Shown here: one piece after another, positions 59,057 to 64,000 of the stretch | Layout: each line of letters begins with the position of its first letter | Numbering within the stretch: the stretch's first letter is position 1 | Made by a program: the position numbers and the translations under genes | Source: Longimicrobiales bacterium | GTDB taxonomy: Bacteria > Gemmatimonadota > Gemmatimonadetes > Longimicrobiales > Gaopeijiaceae | NCBI GenBank assembly: GCA_028823235.1 | Contig: JAPKBW010000001.1 | Location: 142,405 to 206,404 of the forward strand | DNA: 64,000 nt | Direction: 5' to 3' | Notes under the pieces: generated by a model | Told to the model about the DNA's origin: nothing | Databases searched by the model: none | The model's input: the letters and a program-made list of their open reading frames with translations, nothing else

Positions 59057-59098
59057 AAGGCCCAGCTTGAGGTAACAACCTCAAGCTGGGCCTTTGTT
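59057..59098. terminator. Bidirectional intrinsic terminator between convergent operons
   Basis: Perfect 16-bp stem AGGCCCAGCTTGAGGT / ACCTCAAGCTGGGCCT with loop AACA. It is followed by TTGTTG on the + strand and preceded by AGAGAAA (TTTCTCT on the - strand). Confidence 0.7.
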
Positions 59099-59125
59099 GT
59101 AGTGGCGAACGGCCGAACCCCTACC

Positions 59126-60472
59126 TCATCGGTCGGGCTGTTCGCTAATCAGTCGAGCCGCACGGTCAGCCTTGATCTTCTCCATCCCGTCTTCATCGAG
59201 ATGGGTTATGGCAAGCCATGTATGCGACATCTCGTCGGCCGTGCGATCGCCAATACCCACCCACTGGTCGGGGTCCGGGTTGTACCGGTTGTTCTCGGTG
59301 TTGTCGTACCAACCGGTCACGATCAACTGGTCACCTACTTCCAGTAGCGGCGCAACGTCGTCTTCGTAGATGTGGCTGTGGTGCCACAGAGCACTCCAGT
59401 TCGAAACCATGCTCACCGTTTCCCGTCGGCCATTTGCTCGCAGGACCTGGAGCGACATCGCAACCAGTCGCGTGTGACCGTGCGGCTGGAAACTGTCGAT
59501 TCGCACCGGGGTGTCGAACGAATGGAAACCTTGAGTCATCAGCGTTCCGTGAGGAGCGATGTCATACCCACGGCCGCCGTTCAGGAAATACAAACTCAGC
59601 GTCTGGTCGTATTTTCCTTCGTATTCCTCCGGATGGAACCAGATTCCGATCTCAACCTGATCGTCCACGAGGTCCACGCCGTTCGGCCAGTAGTGAATGT
59701 CGAACGCAACGTCGGAACCGGCGGGAGCCCTCCGGCACGCACCCTCTGGCACAATCTCGCCGACCTTCCCAAGGGCGTACTCCGAGAGTCGGCCTGCGCT
59801 TTGACCGTCGACCCGGAAAGACGAGTTGGCGTGGTGAGCCACAGCCCGCCCTTCGATCGAGGGCTTAGTCTCAATGGCCATGATGCACCGATCGTCCGTG
59901 ATCCCGGTCGGAACCAGAGGCCGCCACCAGCGGTCCTGACCGACCTCAGGAACGTCGTAAGGGTCCGACCTGATGATCAAATCCGGCTCACCGAACTGCC
60001 CTGCCAAACCGAACTCGGCGGGGTCAGGCCACTCGACAGGCGCCGGCAAATCCGCAGGGTCGCCCTCAGGCGAGCCAGCTGCGACCCAGGCCGTGATGGT
60101 CGCGATATCTTCCTCGCTCATCCGCCAGTCTTCCTTGAGATCCTGAATGCCGACATCCGTGTCGTACTGATACGGAGGCATGTCCCGGCCCTCGACCATG
60201 CGGCTCATGCGGCGAGCGTAGCGTCGTGCATCCTGATACGTCATGAGCGACATCGGCCCGATGGCGCCCGGCTGGTGACAAACCTGGCAGTTCGCCTGCA
60301 AGATGGGAGCGACGTCCCGCGTGAAGGTCAGCTCCGCCGACGCATCCGGACTCGGCCCAGTCATCTGCTGGGCAGCGAGTTCACCTGTATGGCCGGCCCC
60401 GAGGGTCACGAGAAGGGCTAGTACGCCCGTCGTAACACTCTGCGGCATCGACCGATGGATGGACATTTGCAT
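59126..60472 (-). CDS. Exported fusion protein: N-terminal c-type heme domain (CxxCH) + PHM/DBH-like type-II copper monooxygenase domains (copy 2)
   Basis: AGGAG lies 6 nt upstream of ATG 60472, with a signal peptide. Heme-c site RDVAPILQANCQVCH. Ligand pattern AVAHHA ... DIHY ... PHGH ... TADEMS, and the C-domain signature SNW...YEDDVAPLLEVGDQLIVTGWYDNTE. Confidence 0.7.
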   Translation of the reverse strand: MQMSIHRSMPQSVTTGVLALLVTLGAGHTGELAAQQMTGPSPDASAELTFTRDVAPILQANCQVCHQPGAIGPMSLMTYQDARRYARRMSRMVEGRDMPPYQYDTDVGIQDLKEDWRMSEEDIATITAWVAAGSPEGDPADLPAPVEWPDPAEFGLAGQFGEPDLIIRSDPYDVPEVGQDRWWRPLVPTGITDDRCIMAIETKPSIEGRAVAHHANSSFRVDGQSAGRLSEYALGKVGEIVPEGACRRAPAGSDVAFDIHYWPNGVDLVDDQVEIGIWFHPEEYEGKYDQTLSLYFLNGGRGYDIAPHGTLMTQGFHSFDTPVRIDSFQPHGHTRLVAMSLQVLRANGRRETVSMVSNWSALWHHSHIYEDDVAPLLEVGDQLIVTGWYDNTENNRYNPDPDQWVGIGDRTADEMSHTWLAITHLDEDGMEKIKADRAARLISEQPDR

Positions 60473-60541
60473 GGTCAACTCCTCTCAAGACTCACTGGGC
60501 TTGTCCGCGATGGACCGGACCCTAATCCATAATACTGCCTG

Positions 60542-61507
60542 CTACTCGTTCACGCTCACGACTACGTATCCATTCGACCAGCAGCACTGCTGACCGGGCA
60601 TACTATCCGGAGCGCCGAAGTTGTCGATACGGATCCGGATCACGTACTCACCTGGCGTGTCGAACGTCGCCGTGAATTGTCCCCGATTGGCCAGCGGCCC
60701 TTCGTTGGGGATCGGGACGACATCCGTGGTATTCACCGGCCCTGGGCCGAACGGGCGAGCCCGTCCGCGCGCCGGCGCGGCGTTTGCCGGTGCCTCTAGC
60801 ATCGACTCAAAGGCGATCATGCCGCCGACAGGTCCCTGGTGCTTCCAGAGGGTCATGTTGACCAGACCGAGGTCGCGCTCGCCGCGGTCCTCCGCCCAGA
60901 AACGAACCTCTACTGGCTCTCCGACCTTGGTGGTCAGAACCTCGGGATGCTCGACACCTCCGATACCCCAGCCCGCTAGATCCTCTTCGCTGAAGCGAAT
61001 GCCGGGACGGAGCGAGCCCGCGGCCATCGCGCCACTGCTCAGCTCATAGGCGCCCTTGATGATCGGGCCGGGTGATTCCAACCTGCCCGGGACGCGGGTC
61101 GTGTAGCCATCGGTCGTCACGGTCCACCATACGTCACCGTCGAAATCGGCCGGAACCACCACGCCGAAGGCGCCCCGTTCGCGTGGCCCTCCGAAGCCTG
61201 AGTACCCGACGACCGGAAACGTAGTTGGCTGACCGCCGTCAAACTCCGACGGCTCAATGAAGTTGTCCTCGCCGAGTGCGATCTCGATCAAGTCTGAGTC
61301 ATTTCGGTTCAGAAAGCCGAACGACAAGGTGTAGGTGCCGTCCGCGTTCGGGTAGAAACCGTCGAAATAGGGTGCGACGAAGTTCTCGTTCGCGTTGGAG
61401 GGGGCCAGCGGAAACTCCCGCTGCGTCCAGTCCTGGGCGTCGGCACCTACCGTCAGAGTGGCCGCACACACCACGGTGAGCGTCAGGGTGGTCTTGAGTC
61501 GCGTCAC
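60542..61507 (-). CDS. Exported protein of unknown family, partner of the heme-c/Cu-monooxygenase-like protein (copy 2)
   Basis: GGAGGA lies 5-6 nt upstream of GTG 61507, with signal peptide LTLTVVCAATLTVGADA. Paralogous to 26359-27354. Confidence 0.7.
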   Translation of the reverse strand: MTRLKTTLTLTVVCAATLTVGADAQDWTQREFPLAPSNANENFVAPYFDGFYPNADGTYTLSFGFLNRNDSDLIEIALGEDNFIEPSEFDGGQPTTFPVVGYSGFGGPRERGAFGVVVPADFDGDVWWTVTTDGYTTRVPGRLESPGPIIKGAYELSSGAMAAGSLRPGIRFSEEDLAGWGIGGVEHPEVLTTKVGEPVEVRFWAEDRGERDLGLVNMTLWKHQGPVGGMIAFESMLEAPANAAPARGRARPFGPGPVNTTDVVPIPNEGPLANRGQFTATFDTPGEYVIRIRIDNFGAPDSMPGQQCCWSNGYVVVSVNE

Positions 61508-61599
61508 TTGGTCCTCCTCACTGCTGTTCACCTGCTCGCAGGAAAGCTTAAGGATTGCAAGGCGATCCGAAAGGTGCGCGGACGCGGTGACCCACTGAG

Positions 61600-62082
61600 C
61601 TAACGGCGCATAGTGTCCATCGGCATGTCCGCTGCGTCGTCCATCGGCATGTCCATCGCTCCCCCCATTGGCATCTCCACTCCCATCTCCGCCAATCGCT
61701 GCATCTCGCGGAGCCCCTCCACCAGAGAATCAGGCACGAGCGTCCATGTGTAGTCGATGACGAGTTTGACCTCGTCCTCGCTGAGCGGAGACTGCGGCAT
61801 CGCCGGGGGCACGCCCGTGCGGATAATCCTGACGAGCTGATCCTCGGCATGGTGTCCGAGGTGCTCAAGGAGACTGGGCGGCTCTATGGGCAGGCTTGCC
61901 GCCATCGGACCGTTCCCGAGCCCAAGTTCCCCGTGGCACATCGCACAGTTTCCTGCGTAGAGCGCCTGACCTTCACTTACTTCGACGACCTCACGGTCCT
62001 CCGCCCCCCCGCAGGCGGTGAACGACATGGCGACACCGGCCAAGGCCGCGACGCTCCGAGACCAGATCGCTGTTCGTCTCAT
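61600..62082 (-). CDS. Lipoprotein c-type cytochrome with Met-rich C-terminal tail
   Basis: Lipobox MSFTACGG and heme site GNCAMCHG. The tail EMGVEMPMGGAMDMPMDDAADMPMDTM carries repeated MxM/MPM motifs. Confidence 0.8.
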   Translation of the reverse strand: MRRTAIWSRSVAALAGVAMSFTACGGAEDREVVEVSEGQALYAGNCAMCHGELGLGNGPMAASLPIEPPSLLEHLGHHAEDQLVRIIRTGVPPAMPQSPLSEDEVKLVIDYTWTLVPDSLVEGLREMQRLAEMGVEMPMGGAMDMPMDDAADMPMDTMRR

Positions 62083-62128
62083 CAGTTCCTCGCTCGGTTC
62101 GTCAATTCCACACGGTCTTCCTTGGCGG

Positions 62129-63076
62129 CTACGGCTTTGCCGAGTGCACCAGCACGGCGGTCACCAAAATGACGACAGCGGCAAGGGACACCTCCCATAC
62201 ACCACGGCGCCCAACCACTTCGGCTCCCTGCTCCGTGTCGCAGAGGGGCAGACCCCGTCTCCAGTTCAGGAAGCCAAGGCCAAAAATCACGAGAGCCAGT
62301 GCGACCTTCGCAGACAAGAGGCGCCCATAGGTCAGTGTCCACAGATCGGACACTGCATGCAAATGCTTCCACGCCAGTCCCGCGCCCATCGCCACGAGCG
62401 TGATCCCGCTGACCAACGCCAGAGGTGAGAAGCTTCGGATCTGTGAGGCGAAAATCGCCGGACTGTTCTCCCCACGAACGCGGCCGACTGTCAGGATCAC
62501 CGCCAGTGTGCCCATCCACACCCCCGCCGCGAGCGTGTGCGTCGCGTCCACGGTCACGGCAAGCGTTCGCGCCGAGTCGACACCCATCGCGTGTCCAGAC
62601 ATGGCGAGCGTTGCCGCGAGCGTGACGACGAGGGGCATAGCCACCGCCCATCCGGCGCTCAGAACGACCGGGGCCTCCGGCTGTGCCGCCTCAGAGGTAC
62701 TGCGACTTTTTCGACCCGCCAGCCACAAGGCCACGGCGAGCAGGGTCAGAACTGCGCCCTGGGCGATCCAGACGGAACCCCAAAAAATTTCAAAGAGCAG
62801 GAACGAGACGTCGTCCCGCAGGGGAACGAAGGGATCTCGAAAGCCCATGACCTGCACGACCAGCCGCAGGGTCCACGCTACGAAAAGAACGCCTGTCGAA
62901 ATCAGGCCGAGCGAGGCGACCCGTTGTTCTATACGCGTGATGGTTGTCGCATTTTCTGCGGCCAGCACCTTTAGCGCGCGAGGCATGACCAAGACCCGCC
63001 AGGCGACGCACCCCACGACCACTGTGGTACCGCTGAAGAGGAGCCACTGCTGGAACGTGGTCAGCGCAGTAATCAA
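62129..63076 (-). CDS. copD: CopD-family copper transport/resistance membrane protein
   Basis: Polytopic membrane protein directly after copC. TTG 63076 overlaps the copC stop (TTGA); the longest ORF starts at 63142. Confidence 0.75.
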   Translation of the reverse strand: MITALTTFQQWLLFSGTTVVVGCVAWRVLVMPRALKVLAAENATTITRIEQRVASLGLISTGVLFVAWTLRLVVQVMGFRDPFVPLRDDVSFLLFEIFWGSVWIAQGAVLTLLAVALWLAGRKSRSTSEAAQPEAPVVLSAGWAVAMPLVVTLAATLAMSGHAMGVDSARTLAVTVDATHTLAAGVWMGTLAVILTVGRVRGENSPAIFASQIRSFSPLALVSGITLVAMGAGLAWKHLHAVSDLWTLTYGRLLSAKVALALVIFGLGFLNWRRGLPLCDTEQGAEVVGRRGVWEVSLAAVVILVTAVLVHSAKP

Positions 63077-63492
63077 CGCCCGACAACGTCGAAGGTGAAC
63101 GAACCCCGCATCACATGGCCATCGTCCGCAATGCAGCGCCATTGAATGACATACTTCCCTCCAGACAGCCCGGCAGCGATCTGAACCGAGAGCTGCCTTG
63201 GATCCTCGGAGTCGGCCTCCGGCGGACTGCTCCGAATGAGCTGGCGGGAGGAGTTCACAACGCGGATCGAAGCGCCACGCATGAGCGGAGCCTCAGAAAA
63301 GAAAAGGCGGACCTCGCTCACTTCGCCGTCCAGGACTTCCTCGTCGGCCGGCGTCGAGGCATCGAGCGTGATGTGCGGGGCCACGTGTGGGATCACGGAA
63401 GCTGACCTCGCCGTCCCAGCAACCAGCAGAACCAAGCCGAGGGCAGTGAGCGCTACCCGGCGCGTTCGTTCAACGATATCTCGACGACTCAT
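63073..63492 (-). CDS. copC: CopC-domain periplasmic copper-binding protein
   Basis: ATG 63492, with signal peptide ending GTARSAS. The mature N-terminus ...HVAPHITLDASTPADEEVL has the His at the start of the CopC fold. C-terminal YVIQWRCIADDGHVMRGSFTF is the CopC signature. Confidence 0.8.
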   Translation of the reverse strand: MSRRDIVERTRRVALTALGLVLLVAGTARSASVIPHVAPHITLDASTPADEEVLDGEVSEVRLFFSEAPLMRGASIRVVNSSRQLIRSSPPEADSEDPRQLSVQIAAGLSGGKYVIQWRCIADDGHVMRGSFTFDVVGR

Positions 63493-63610
63493 CCCGTTTT
63501 TGCGTCCCGGCGTGTCCGGTTGCTGCCATGATTCTCTTCGGCCATCATGGGCCTGCCCCCTTGGTGCAACAACCCCCGACGCTCCAGCCTCGGAGAAGGT
63601 CGACTTCCGC

Positions 63611-64000
63611 ATGCTCATCAGGACCACACCTGCGTTTCTTGCAGCCCTCGTTCTCGCCCCGATCGCTGTCCAGCCAGTGACAGGACAGGACTCGGGTGAT
63701 CTCGGACGCGCGGAAGCACTCCAACGGCTCCAGCCAGATCTGTACGACCTCGTCGTGCGACTGGAGCGAGCGCATGGTGTGCTCCTCGGCGAACTCGCCC
63801 GAGAGGGACAAACGGTTCGTGAGAGTGGCGGCGACGTGCCGACTTTCGGCTTCGAGTTCGACATGGTCGACCGCTTGACGTTTCTGGTCCAGGCCGAGGG
63901 AACCTCTGAAGAGGAAGCAGATGCCGCAGAGTCGGGATACGCGGCCCTTGGTCCACGCGGTGCGGAGATCGTCCGGTGGGGTCAGGCATTCCAGAGAGAG
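63611..64000 (+). CDS. Hypothetical secreted protein, 5' part (runs off the right edge)
   Basis: My own translation from ATG 63611 gives MLIRTTPAFLAALVLAPIAVQPVTGQDSGDLGRAEALQRL..., open for 130 codons to the window end with a signal-peptide-like start. It is absent from the ORF track, presumably because it has no stop in the window. Confidence 0.4.
   Translation, partial: MLIRTTPAFLAALVLAPIAVQPVTGQDSGDLGRAEALQRLQPDLYDLVVRLERAHGVLLGELAREGQTVRESGGDVPTFGFEFDMVDRLTFLVQAEGTSEEEADAAESGYAALGPRGAEIVRWGQAFQRE

Noticed and set aside
63618-63989. 123-aa minus-strand ORF (and the 88-aa ORF 63545-63811) upstream of copC
   Set aside because: Its composition is Arg/Pro-rich. The plus-strand frame from ATG 63611 has a convincing signal peptide and stays open to the window edge, so it is preferred, although it is only moderately supported itself.
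1-64000. CRISPR arrays, rRNA/tRNA genes, transposases, integrases, phage or defence-system genes
   Set aside because: I saw no regularly spaced direct repeats, no conserved RNA gene signatures, and no ORF with recombinase, nuclease-helicase or toxin-antitoxin-like motifs. A computational repeat and covariance-model scan would be needed to be certain.

Overview
This is a high-GC bacterial chromosomal window, densely coding on both strands. I saw no rRNA, tRNA, CRISPR array, transposase or integrase. The gene content suggests Gemmatimonadota or Acidobacteriota: many exported hydrolases, a sortilin-like BNR protein, and fragments of duplicated FtsX-type permeases and PD40/TolB-like proteins. That taxonomic guess is inference only.

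Layout:
- 1-34.4 kb: mostly independent small units. They include an exported VanX-like dipeptidase, a BNR/Asp-box protein, an MBL hydrolase, a DUF305 + LVIVD lipoprotein pair, cupin-speA, an ornithine cyclodeaminase-family gene, SDRs, a large glycosidase-like protein + methyltransferase, two coupled amidohydrolases, AlaX, DUF885, MaoC, M24 peptidase, msrB-selO and DUF1028.
- 34.4-59.0 kb: one 25-gene divergently transcribed catabolic supercluster. It has a GntR regulator and a peptide-type ABC importer whose binding protein and permeases sit on one arm and its ATPases on the other. It also holds many peptidases and amidohydrolases, two aminotransferases, ureide-type enzymes (PuuE, AllA-fold, Ldh_2), sugar-type oxidoreductases, a tandem DUF4438 pair and an unassigned TIM-barrel-like protein.
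- 59.1-63.5 kb: a five-gene minus-strand operon, copC-copD-(Met-rich cytochrome c)-(unknown exported protein)-(heme c domain fused to a PHM/DBH-like copper monooxygenase domain).

A second copy of the last two genes of that operon, in inverted order, lies at 26.4-28.8 kb. I consider this heme/copper module the best candidate for an undescribed system, followed by the DUF4438-headed supercluster.

The window also carries an unusual number of gene remnants in its intergenic spaces.

All family calls come from motif recognition by eye on the supplied translations. No database search, HMM or structure prediction was run.
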